Of a stretch of 64,000 nt of DNA, positions 35,201-45,522 are shown one piece after another (the stretch's first letter is position 1; the number at the start of each line of letters is the position of its first letter). Location: assembly GCA_028534125.1 (NCBI GenBank), contig CM052816.1, positions 58,716,001 to 58,780,000 of the forward strand. The letters are read 5' to 3'. The stretch is from Lama glama. Lineage: Eukaryota. Below the pieces are notes generated by a model. The model had not been told where the DNA came from and did no database searches. It saw only the letters and a list, made by a program, of their open reading frames with translations. The translations under genes were made by a program, and so were the position numbers.

Positions 35201-38103
35201 TTTGTCAAAGATCAGTTGACCACCCTTTTATTTCTACCTTTCTAAGTCTCTTAGACAGTTTTAGCTGTGCCTCTTATATATAACACAACACTGACTAGTC
35301 ATTTTTTGGCCAATATGAGAATAATTTTTAAAAGAGGGTTAGGTGATTTACATTTATAGATATAACTCACAGGTTTGGTATATTTCTGTCATATTATTTA
35401 AATATAAATTCCCTTGTCATATGATCTTTTCCTTTGCTTTCATTTGTGGGGTTTTTTTTTTGTTGTTGTTGTTGTTGTTTTATTTAGAAAGATTTGTACT
35501 TTTGTGTAATATTTATGTTCATGTTCAGAGCTGTAACATCCCTAGATTTTTTTTTTTTTAATTTTACTGAGGTGGAGGTAATTAGGTTTACTTATTTATT
35601 TTTAGAGTCAGTACTGGGGATTGAACCCAGGACCTTATGCATGCTAGGCATGTGCTCTAGCACTTAAGCTATATCCTCCCCTCTATGTACCATTCCTAAA
35701 TCTTAACCTAACATCTAATCTCAACTATAACCAACCTGTACCTCTCTTCTATTATTTCCCACAGTTTCATCAAGTTCTTCATTTCCTTGATCATTCTCTT
35801 TTCCCCTAGTCATTGGTTCCATCCTGACTTGACTTCCTTTCTTATCTAGCCTAGAACCCATAGTCCATTCAACATCCTCTTAGGACTCTCAACTTCCTTA
35901 CTGGTTATTTTCACCTCACCTGCAAATCTCAAACCCTGAATTAATCCAACCACCCTTCTTCTTCCCCTGCGTCTTCTGCAGCTAAATGATTTCCTAAATG
36001 GCTATCTCCTTTCTACTTTTGCATCGTCCCAAACATATCAAATATATACTGCTTGGCATTCAGCAGGCATTTAATGAATACTTATAACTTATTCTTCTAA
36101 AATTTTGAATACCCTATAGTCCAGCCAAATTTCTCTACTTAATGGTGACACCATGTTTTGTGAATTGCCATCAGTTTGTGTCAGTCTATTGAAATACTCT
36201 TTCTTCAAGGTATGGATCCACAGCTAAGTTCTAAACTTTGTGGAGGTACCATGTCTTGTCATTTTGGCACTGCAGTCCCAGCCCTGATATAGGCCTGGCA
36301 CAGAAGTACTCAGTTTGCTAATGGTAATGTGTAATTATTATATAATATCAGCACATACTGCTTTGTATTATGAATTTGTATACAAATCTTTGTAGCTCTG
36401 TTAGGAGACAGACCATTCCTTATTGTATACCTCACAGTATTATTTTTAACATCAGTAGTTAGTTCTTTACTGTTGCTGTGTACTATTCCATTTTAACAAA
36501 TCAACCACGATTTGTTTATCCTGCTAATGGATATTTAGTTATTTTCTGGTTTGGGGTTATTATGAATAAAGCAACTATGAATGTTTTTATACAGTGTTTT
36601 TATAGGTATATGCACTTACTTCTCTGGGGTACAAGCCTATTAGCAGAACTGCTGGGATGTGGGGCAGGTATGTTTAACCAGTACTGGAGATCAACAAAGT
36701 TTTCCAAAGTGGCGGTACCATTTTACACATCTACTAGCAATACATGAGAGTTTTAGGTGCTTCATGTTCTCATCATCACTTGGTACTGTCAGTCTTTTTC
36801 ATTTTAATAATGTTGGTGGGTACAGTAGTACTTCTTGGTTTTAATTTGTATTTTCCTGGCAAGTAATAATGCTGAGCATCTTTTCACAAGCTTATTGCTC
36901 ATGTGGACCTCTTCCTTTGTGCAATATAAAGTTTTTTTTTTTTTTTACTGATTTTAAAAGTTGGGCTATACACTGCAGATATATATGACTATTTATTATG
37001 GATACCAGTCCTTTGACAGATGTTCTCCTGTCCTTACAGTGTCTTTAATTAAGTTAACACTGAATAACTGCCCACTGAATAAGTGAGGATTATTCGATGC
37101 AATGGGAGCAAAGACTGGGATGTAGGATTAGCCTTCAGAGTGAAACAACTTTAAGAATACAACTTTAAGAACTTTTAAAAGATGTACTTGTGCAAAGGGA
37201 AATGCAGTTCTCATATCAAAGGCAGAAGCTAATCATACAATAACATACTTTTAGAGTTGAAAAAGATCATGTAAAGCACACACAAAAAGTGGAGGTTGTG
37301 GCCCTCTGTATACCAATTTTACCTCTCCTATTTAAGCTACAGACCACAGCTGGAGAAGCAAATACAAAAGCTATCAGGAGTTGTAACCGATGTGTGGACT
37401 AACAATAAAGTTCCTCTAGCACGAATCTAAACTCAAGGGGTAAAGCTTAGGAAACCAACACTAAGACACATATTACAGATAAACTTAAAATATATCTTTT
37501 TTCTATTCCCCACCCCCAAGCCTGTAACCAGACGCTTGGATTAGTGGGGGAGAACCCGCCCTGGGCGAGGACGCAGCCCGCGGGGGCCAGTTCTCCGGCC
37601 GTTCCCAAGACCTTGAAGGGACACTGGGTCAGATGCAGGGTTCCCTTCCTTTCACTCACCGCTACCGCCTTCCTTCCGATTGGCTGATCCGCGACAACAC
37701 AGCCACTACTAGTCGCCGATTGGCCAGGCAATTGCCTGGGGAGCCTAACCCACAGACGCCTAAGAGGGCTTAACAAGGTGCTGGTGGAGGGCAGTCCAGA
37801 GACTTCGAAGCACCTGCGTGCCTAACTCCTGAGATGCACTGCCGCGGCCTGGCTCGAACCCTCAGCTCCGGTCCCCGGCTCACTGCCCGACCCAACCAGC
37901 TCAGGTCCAATTCTCACGTACACCCCCAGGCGCCGCTGCTGGCCCTACCCAGGGCCGCGGTCACAGCGTAGCCTCCGCCACCGCCTTTCCTCCCCAGCGC
38001 CGTTGGTATAGTCAGCACCATCCCTACCGCCCACGCCGCGTAAGAGACCGAATTTCCTTACCTGAACGACCCTGCTAGCAGACGCCATCTTGCTGCCCAT
38101 CAT
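26202..38103 (-). CDS. MRPS36: MRPS36/KGD4, alpha-ketoglutarate dehydrogenase complex subunit 4 (historically named mitoribosomal protein S36), 102 aa
   Basis: Exons 38062-38103, 28084-28147, 26756-26940, 26202-26219 total 309 nt: [48 protein letters not shown]...[26 protein letters not shown]. Confidence 0.98.
26756..26940 (-). CDS. MRPS36: MRPS36 exon 3
   Basis: (V)[61 protein letters not shown], 185 nt, cag/gtatgt flanks. Confidence 0.97.
27761..27896 (-). mobile_element. tRNA-derived SINE (camelid vic-1-like) with TSD
   Basis: Head GGGAAGGGTATAGCTCAGTGGTAGAGC with A and B boxes; TSD tgagtt(t/a)cttccttttt at 27744-27760 and 27897-27913. Confidence 0.9.
28084..28147 (-). CDS. MRPS36: MRPS36 exon 2
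   Basis: [21 protein letters not shown](V), 64 nt, tag/gtaagt flanks. Confidence 0.97.
28445..29208 (+). mobile_element. L1 3' end (ORF2 C-terminus, 3'UTR, A-rich tail)
   Basis: ORF 28614..28835 reads [36 protein letters not shown]; tail aaaaacaaaaacaaaaac. Confidence 0.93.
31420..35225 (-). mobile_element. Cluster of nested antisense L1 fragments
   Basis: Multiple L1 3'UTR and ORF2 remnants (33590-34960 best preserved; ORF 34320..34550 is L1-like); internal boundaries approximate. Confidence 0.8.
32953..33083 (+). mobile_element. tRNA-derived SINE (vic-1-like)
   Basis: gggagggtatagctcaagtggtagaatgcatgcttagcatg..gggttcaatccccagtacc; TSD attgcat(g/c)tta at about 32940 and 33084. Confidence 0.9.
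35547..35685 (-). mobile_element. tRNA-derived SINE (vic-1-like)
   Basis: Reverse complement of the same family with a poly-T tail; TSD-like tgtaacatccctaga / tgtaccattcctaaa. Confidence 0.88.
36450..37030 (-). mobile_element. Old L1 fragment
   Basis: ttttccaaagtggcggtaccattttacac, gctgagcatcttttcac. Confidence 0.75.
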
Positions 38104-38310
38104 GACCCTCGAGAAGGCGCAGCTTCCGGGGCGCTAGCGGGCAGAGGCTGTAACAGGAGTCCTTGGGCGGCTGGGGGCGGGCCTGGCCTGTGACGTCACG
38201 GGGAGGCGCGAGCGGTCGGGAGGGACCCGCCTCCACAGTGGAGCTAACCCCACCCACTAGAGCCTGACCCCGCCCCGCCCCTCTTCTGCCTAGGAACGAC
38301 CCACGTGTTT
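37530..38310 (-). promoter_or_regulatory. MRPS36 CpG-island promoter
   Basis: CpG-rich; palindromic CRE GTGACGTCAC 38190-38199, GC boxes about 38175 and 38270, ETS CCGGAAG 38123-38129, YY1-like CAAGATGGCG over Met6 (38083-38092). Confidence 0.85.
38062..38103 (-). CDS. MRPS36: MRPS36 coding exon 1
   Basis: [14 protein letters not shown], donor gtaagg. Confidence 0.96.
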
Positions 38311-39013
38311 CCCATTGTTTCATTTTGCAGACGAAGGTTTGTGATAACTGGATTTATTTTTGCTCTTCAGCCTATGCGTGATCTAGGAACATTTCCTCTC
38401 CGGATAGTTTTTAATTTCAGTGTAGTCCAAAATGTAGTCTGAAACCAAATAGGTAATATAAACTCTTGGAGCTTCCTAAAACAAGCAAGCTTGTTAAAAT
38501 TTAGGAGTAAACATCAAGCTCAGAAAGAATGGTAAATTTTGGTTCTATACAAGACCACCTCGTATTCCCTTGCTTATTAGCATTGCTTGATTTGGTATTC
38601 TGATTGCTTTCTCTGCCACTAGTCCTGATATGAAACTGCTGCCTGCTTCAAGTTTGAGAGAACTCAAAAATTGAAGTGTTTTTGTTTTTTAAACACAAGT
38701 CATCTATATCATTACCCCAAGTTAAATTAAATTCTATAGTAAATATTAATGTTTACAGTGTTAAAAACTTTACTACACAATATGTTGCAGCCACTAAACT
38801 TTGTAGGTAATGTAGACTTACGCTGTTGTAAATAGAGTGACAAATTTGTTTTGATGCTCTAGCTCAGTGGTTTCTAAATCTAGGAGAGTTACTGAGCCTA
38901 AAAATGGGCCCTGCTAATTCAGAATGTCTGTGGAGGACATCAGAAATCTATTTTTCTCAAAAGCTTTCAAAGCTTGTTTTAGCAGCAAATATTCTAAAAT
39001 CAGATTGATAAAG

Positions 39014-39440
39014 TGTTACGGAAATGACAGACCAGCAAGAAACAAGCACCACTCAGAGGGTTGGAGTACTCAGATTTATTACGTCGGCAGGCTCAGAGGG
39101 GCTTCTGCTCCAAAGCTCTGAGCACCTCCAAGACATGTGCATGAGGTTTTATAAGGTTAATTACAAGCTTGGGGTATTCGGCCAATAGGCATGGAACAGC
39201 TTTAGCAGCATCATTATCACAAAAGTAGAGGCAGGGAGGCAGCAAACCAACATTTCAAGGCCAGATATGTCTCTTTGAAAATCCAGCTGGCTAGCCAAAA
39301 ATAGACAGGGAATCAGCAAACCAACACTAATTAACTTAGATTTACGAGTTAGCCCAGCAGAATTTAGATCAGTAATCCGACACTTGTTACACTTAGATTT
39401 GTGAGTTAGCTTGTTAGCCCAGCCAGGCTTTTCCTTCACA
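39014..39440 (-). mobile_element. Solo LTR (ERV1-like)
   Basis: TG...CA termini, 4-bp TSD AAAG (39010-39013 and 39441-39444), TATAAAA (39153-39147) and AATAAA (39080-39075) on minus. Confidence 0.75.
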
Positions 39441-39679
39441 AAAGTGGTTAGATGGGCAAAGCATATGAACAGGAAGATTACAGAAAAGAAACACAACTGG
39501 CCCTTGAAACTTAAAAGACAGCCAACTTCCCTTATTCTAAGAAAAATCTACACTACACTGAAACACAATTTTTAATCCATCAAACTGGCCAACTGACATA
39601 ATTTGGACAGTATGCTCTGGGGAAGCTGTAGGGAACGAGGCACCAAATGGATATCGTCGGTAGAAGTAAAAGATGGTAC

Positions 39680-40325
39680 TCAAAAAAGTTATATACTGAA
39701 TGATTCCAACAATATAACATTCTTGTAAAGGCAAACCTATAAATCCAGTAAAAATATCAGTGGTTGCCAGGGAGAGAGAGACAAATAGACAGAGCACAGG
39801 GGATTTTTAGGACAGTGAAACTGTTCTGTATGATACTGTAATGGTGCACACATGTCATACATTTGTCAAAATCCATAGAATATACAACCTTTGGGTGATA
39901 ACAAATGTACCACTCTAGTGGAGGATGGTGATAGTGGGGGAGGTTGTGCATGTGTGGGGACAGTAGGTATATGAGAACTCTGTACTTGGTGCTCAATTTT
40001 GCTGTGAACCTAAAATTGCTCTAAAAAATAAAGTGTATTAATTTTTTTTAAAATCACCATTGCTGAAACCAGGTAGACTAATGTATTCTTACAAGTTCAA
40101 AAGTGGTGACCTATAGTTGATAACACTGTATTGTATAATTGAAATTTGCTGAGAGTAGAACTTAAACGTTCTCACCAAAAAAAAAAAAAAAGGTAAATAT
40201 GTATGATGTTGGATGTGTTAACTGGATTGTGGGAATATTTTCATAATGTACATATGTATCAAATTATCATTATAAACTTTAAATATTTTACAATTTTATT
40301 TGCCAATGACCTCAGTAAAGCTGGG
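39680..40325 (+). mobile_element. Two old L1 3'-end fragments
   Basis: gctgtgaacctaaaattgctctaaaaaataaagt (end about 40035) and gaaatttgctgagagtagaacttaaacgttctcacc. Confidence 0.8.
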
Positions 40326-40759
40326 GAGGGGTTCAATCCCCAGTACCTCCATTAAAATAATTTAATAAATAAACTTTCCAAGTCCTCTAATACTGAGAAG
40401 TCTCCTGGGAATAACTGATGATAAATTCAGAAAATGTCAAATGCAGTACAAATCATTGGTCATGTTGGCATGAAGTTTGTTTTGGGGAGCCCTACAGGAA
40501 AATGCTCTTTTCTCTACTTGTGAATTTATTTGTAAGTGTTGGCATTCATACTCCTTCACAGAATTCTCATCCAGGTTTCTTGTGGATTAGTTCTCTCTAG
40601 GATGAAGACAATAAAAGTAGCTAAAACTGGGGCAGCAAACTGCCTCAATCCCTAAATCTTATCTTCCTGCTGCTCAGTTTCAGTCAGCCTCCTGTCATTA
40701 GATCATTTGATTACCCATCTCATGTTGATCTCATGATTTTTGTCTCATGAACCAAAAAA

Positions 40760-42095
40760 TGTTGTCCACCATCCAGTCCTACAAAGATCAAGTCATTAGC
40801 CACTGCAGTTGCTGACCTACAGTACATCCTCAGAGGCAGGATGAAGAACAGGAGGAGGCACTCTGTGTTTTGGGAGAACAGGCAAAACAGGCCCTTAGAT
40901 AGGTAGATATAGTTCAGGAAGAATTTTTACGAACCTAGAATCTTGCATCTTCTCTATCTTAGGAAAGCACTAAAATTGTTTTGTTTTGTTTTTAATCATT
41001 TTTTTGAGTTATAGTCATTTTACAATGTTGTGTCAAATTCCAGTGTAGAGCACAAGTTTTCAGTTGTACATGAACATACATTCATTATCACATTTTTTTT
41101 CGCTGTGAGCTACCACAAGATCTTGTATATATTTCCCTGTGCTATACAGTATAATTTTGTTTATCTATTCTACATATGCCTGTCAATATTTACAAAGTTT
41201 GAACTCCCAGTCTATCCCTTCCCACTCCTCTCCCCCTTGGCAACCACAAGTTTGTATTCTCTCTGAGTCTGCTTCTGTTTGTATTTATGTTTTTTTTTTT
41301 TTAGATTCCACATATGAGCGATCTCATATGGTATTTTTCTTTCCCTTTCTGGCTTACTTCACTTAGAATGACATTCTCCAGGAGCATCCATGTTGCTGCA
41401 AATGGCATTATGTTGTCGGTTTTTATGGCTGAGTAGTATTCCATTGTACAAATATACCACATCTTCTTTATCCAGTCACCTGTTGATGGACATTTAGGCT
41501 GTTTCCATGTCTTGGCTATTGTAACTAGTGCTGCTGTGAACACTGGGGTGCAGGTATCATCCTGAAGTAGGGTTCCTTCTGGATATATGCCCAGAAACGG
41601 GATTCCAGGGTCATATAGTAAGTCTACTCCTAGTCTTTTGAGGAATCTGCATACTTTTTTCCACAGTGGCTACACCAAACTGCATTCCCACCAGCAGTGT
41701 AGGAGGGTTCCCTTTTCTCCACAGCCTCTCCAGCATTTGTCATTTGTGGACTTTTGAATGATGGTCATTCTGAATTGGTGTGAGGTGACACCACATTGTA
41801 GTTTTGACTTGCATTTCTCGGATAATTAGTGATACTGAGCATTTTTTCATGAGGAAAGCACTAAAATTGTTAACTAACATATCTGTTCTTCTTGACTAGC
41901 AGTAACCTTCTACAGAGACATATGCTGGATTGCACATACTTCTTAGTCAAAATCACATGTATACTGGCCTATCCCCCTACCTGTTTGGAGCAGTTCCTCT
42001 GCTGAGTTGCTGTCTCCTGGGATAGTCCTCAATTAAGACACTGAATAAAACTCAAATCACAGCTCTTATGTGGTGCATTTTTCTTTCAGTCAATA
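40760..42095 (+). mobile_element. LTR interrupted by an L1
   Basis: LTR-like halves about 40760-40980 and 41852-42095, with AATAAA at about 42044; 5' boundary uncertain. Confidence 0.6.
40981..41851 (-). mobile_element. Relatively young 5'-truncated L1 with perfect 20-bp TSD
   Basis: ORF 41301..41543 is the L1 ORF2 C-terminus (AKTWKQPKCPSTGDWIKKMWYI); TSD aggaaagcactaaaattgtt at 40961-40980 and 41852-41871. Confidence 0.95.
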
Positions 42096-42544
42096 GTCTA
42101 TATGCTGAATGCTATTATTTGGCTATTTTAATGGAACCGTGTAGCACATCATCTGATTCTACCTCTTATGTTGTGCCTCTTAATGTCCTTATCTTACCTA
42201 GCCTTTAATTTCTTTCTTTTCCCACGTACCTTGTTCTTGACACTGGCTGTAGATCTGTTAGGCAAAACTCAGCATGCTTGACAGCCTCCTGATCCGATGC
42301 AGTACAAAGTATCTAGCACAACTTGTGGATTTTCTTGATAAAAAAATTTAAAACTACATTTAGTAAGGCAGTTAGACATAAATTCTACTTTACAGGAGTA
42401 CATAGGTGAAACAAACTACATAAAATACTAAGAAACAACCAGACAATTCTACAGGGCAACTGGTTTCTTCAAGTCAATGACTGTAAGAAGAGGTTGGGGT
42501 GGTGGACATATAATCTGTTGCAGATACTCAATTCAGTTCCACTA

Positions 42545-42998
42545 TAGATCTTCCTCAATTTATGATGGGGTTATGTCCCAATAAACTGATCCTGAGTTGA
42601 AAATGTCCTTCCTAAATTGAAATGCATCCTACCAAACATCACAGCTTAGGCTAGCCTACCTTAAATATGCTCAGAACAATTACATTAGCCTACAGTTTGA
42701 CAAAATCATCTAACATACAGCCTATTTTATAATAAAGTGTTGAATATCTCATGTAACTTATTGAATACTGTACTGAAAGTGAAAAAGAGAATGGCTGTTA
42801 AGCATATTGGTTGTTTGCCCCTGTGATCATGAGGCTGACAGATGTAGCTCATTGCTGCAGCCCAGCATCACGAGAGTAATGGTACCCCAGGAAAAGATCA
42901 AAATTCAAAACTTGAAGAATGGTTCATTGAATGTATATAGTTTTCACACCATAGAGTTGAAAAATCCCAAGTTGAACCATCATAAGCAGGGGACCATA
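42545..42998 (+). mobile_element. MER47-family (Tigger) DNA transposon
   Basis: ctagcctaccttaaatatgctcagaac..cctattttataataaagtgttgaatatctcatgtaa; homologous to 48041-48488. Confidence 0.85.
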
Positions 42999-43813
42999 AG
43001 CAGGCAGAAAGCAGCCATAGATGATAGGTAAACCTATGGGTGTGGCTTTGTTTCAATAAAACTTTATTTAAAAAAACAGACACCTGGTAACACATAATTT
43101 GATGTGATGAAATAACCAACTAAAGAGCCATCACCAAGACCACCATCATTTTGGAGAAAAATATATTAACTAAAGCACCACTAGCCTGGGTTTTAAAAGA
43201 CTGACTGGTTGAGATGTTAAAAGATCTCTGGGTCCTCAACTGAGAAAGCTGCTCAAGTGGGCATACTCTGTAATGCCCTCTTCAGATATGGCCAGAGTTA
43301 GTAACGGACAGGGAGAACCTCCCAAAGGGCAGTGAAGAACCACAGATGAAAAAGGGCTTCCAGAGAGCAGTACAAGAGCCTACTCCAAAGGTGTTCCCTG
43401 TCTCTTAGGAAGGGGCACCTCCTATCATTTGCCAAGCAATATTTCAGAACTGCTACAGTCCTTGGCCACTATTGTTTGCTGGCTGTGTAAAGCAACATAA
43501 CTTGTGTTTTCAGTTCATAGTTCTCCAGATCAGGAAGAGCCACAACTGGATTAGTGTTAAGACTATTTAAAACTGCTGTGATTGGATGACATTGTTAGTT
43601 TATCTTCCTTGGGGAGAGGTACATCTTTTACATGCAGAAAGGAAGTTTATATTTAAGACCAAGGTAGGAGGCTGCGGCAGACTATATTCTTTTCAGCAAA
43701 TATCCATTTTCCTTCCCCTACTCTGAAACTCAACACTTCCCTGCTGTAGAAGTATACTTTCCTGTCTCAGTGATGTTGAGCTTGGTCAGTGGAACCTGGG
43801 TGGAAATAACGTA

Positions 43814-44313
43814 NNNNNNNNNNNNNNNNNNNNNNNNNNNNNNNNNNNNNNNNNNNNNNNNNNNNNNNNNNNNNNNNNNNNNNNNNNNNNNNNNNNNNNN
43901 NNNNNNNNNNNNNNNNNNNNNNNNNNNNNNNNNNNNNNNNNNNNNNNNNNNNNNNNNNNNNNNNNNNNNNNNNNNNNNNNNNNNNNNNNNNNNNNNNNNN
44001 NNNNNNNNNNNNNNNNNNNNNNNNNNNNNNNNNNNNNNNNNNNNNNNNNNNNNNNNNNNNNNNNNNNNNNNNNNNNNNNNNNNNNNNNNNNNNNNNNNNN
44101 NNNNNNNNNNNNNNNNNNNNNNNNNNNNNNNNNNNNNNNNNNNNNNNNNNNNNNNNNNNNNNNNNNNNNNNNNNNNNNNNNNNNNNNNNNNNNNNNNNNN
44201 NNNNNNNNNNNNNNNNNNNNNNNNNNNNNNNNNNNNNNNNNNNNNNNNNNNNNNNNNNNNNNNNNNNNNNNNNNNNNNNNNNNNNNNNNNNNNNNNNNNN
44301 NNNNNNNNNNNNN
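43814..44313. other. Assembly gap (500 N)
   Basis: Run of N between CENPH 3' end and MRPS36 promoter. Confidence 1.
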
Positions 44314-44699
44314 ATCTAAAGAACAGATTTCAAATGCTTATCCACTGCGGTGCATCTTTTCAAGTTTAAAGTCCTTCTTAAAAGAATGTTGAAAATATTA
44401 CATTGTCTATGAAAATGATCAATAGCACCAAATTAATAGAGCTCAAATTAGAGTTTTCCAAAAATGGAACTGGATCCTATAAAAGGTGGCAAGTTCTATT
44501 TTTTCAATAAGACAATAACATTCTTTTTTATTTTTAAACTTATAAAAAGTAATGCATGATAAACATGGAAATATAGAAGAAAAAAGTCATAACTCCTCTA
44601 CAATAACCACACTGTTAACGTTTTGAATATGTTTTTCTTTTTCCTTCTTTTTCATGGTTGATTTGGGTCATGTTTTATTTGGGTCTCTGTTTGAAGATG

Positions 44700-44998
44700 T
44701 GGATGGGGAGTGGAAGAACTAGGGAAATGGTGGTCAAAGGGTACAAACTTACAGTTAGAAGATGAATAAATGTTGGAGATTTAATGCACAGCATTGTGAT
44801 TCTAGTTAACAATATTGCATTACATACTTCAAAGTTACTAAAAGACTAATCTTAAATGCTTTCATCAGGATAAATAAATGATAATTATGTGACATGTGGA
44901 GATGTTAGCTAATACCATGGTGGTCAAATCAACATGTTGTACATCTTAACTTTACACATGTTATGTATCAATTATGTCTCAAAAAAAGGCAAAAAAAA
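44700..44998 (+). mobile_element. L1MA-type 3' end
   Basis: ggtcaaagggtacaaacttacagttagaagatgaataa ... tcaattatgtctcaaaaaaaa. Confidence 0.8.
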
Positions 44999-45426
44999 AT
45001 CTGTGGTTAGAACTAAAATGAAATTTATCTGATAAAATACAATGACAGTGGAAAAGAAGTAAATATGTGGATAGGCTTTTCTAACTTTCCAATATTTTGG
45101 TTAACAAACAAATACATAGAAGAATTCCAAATGAGAGTTAGGACTTCCAGGAATATTATAGAAGAAATGTCCACATTCAGTGGAAAGCTGGAGTAGATAT
45201 CTTTTGGAGCCCTTCCAAGGCTGAGATTTCTGGATTCTTTTAGAATATGCCAGTCTCTGTAGTAAAATTTAAAGCAATATATTCCATGTTGCAATACAAT
45301 GTTAACTCAAGCTAAAATAAAATTGCAGTATTAGAGCAGTTCCAAACTGAAGACTGAAAAAACATGTCACTTGAAATTTGCAATTTAAATGACATCAGAG
45401 ACAGAAAAAATGCCCGAACAGAATTG

Positions 45427-45522
45427 TTATTGGATCATGGTGAGATTCTTCTCAAGCTGCAGAACCATTTCCTTAAGGGCAGAATCCTCTGCCCAGTTGA
45501 CTTTACTCCCCAAAATGAGGTT
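45427..45522 (-). CDS. CENPH: CENPH last coding exon
   Basis: [42 protein letters not shown] is the CENP-H family motif. Confidence 0.97.
   Translation of the reverse strand, partial: NLILGSKVNWAEDSALKEMVLQLEKNLTMIQ

Noticed and set aside
38104..38136. Non-AUG N-terminal extension of MRPS36 like the yeast long Kgd4 isoform
   Set aside because: In-frame TAG at 38134-38136 and no near-cognate start in the 10 intervening codons.
43770..44369. 199-aa ORF in the ORF track
   Set aside because: Artefact of translating through the 500-N gap.
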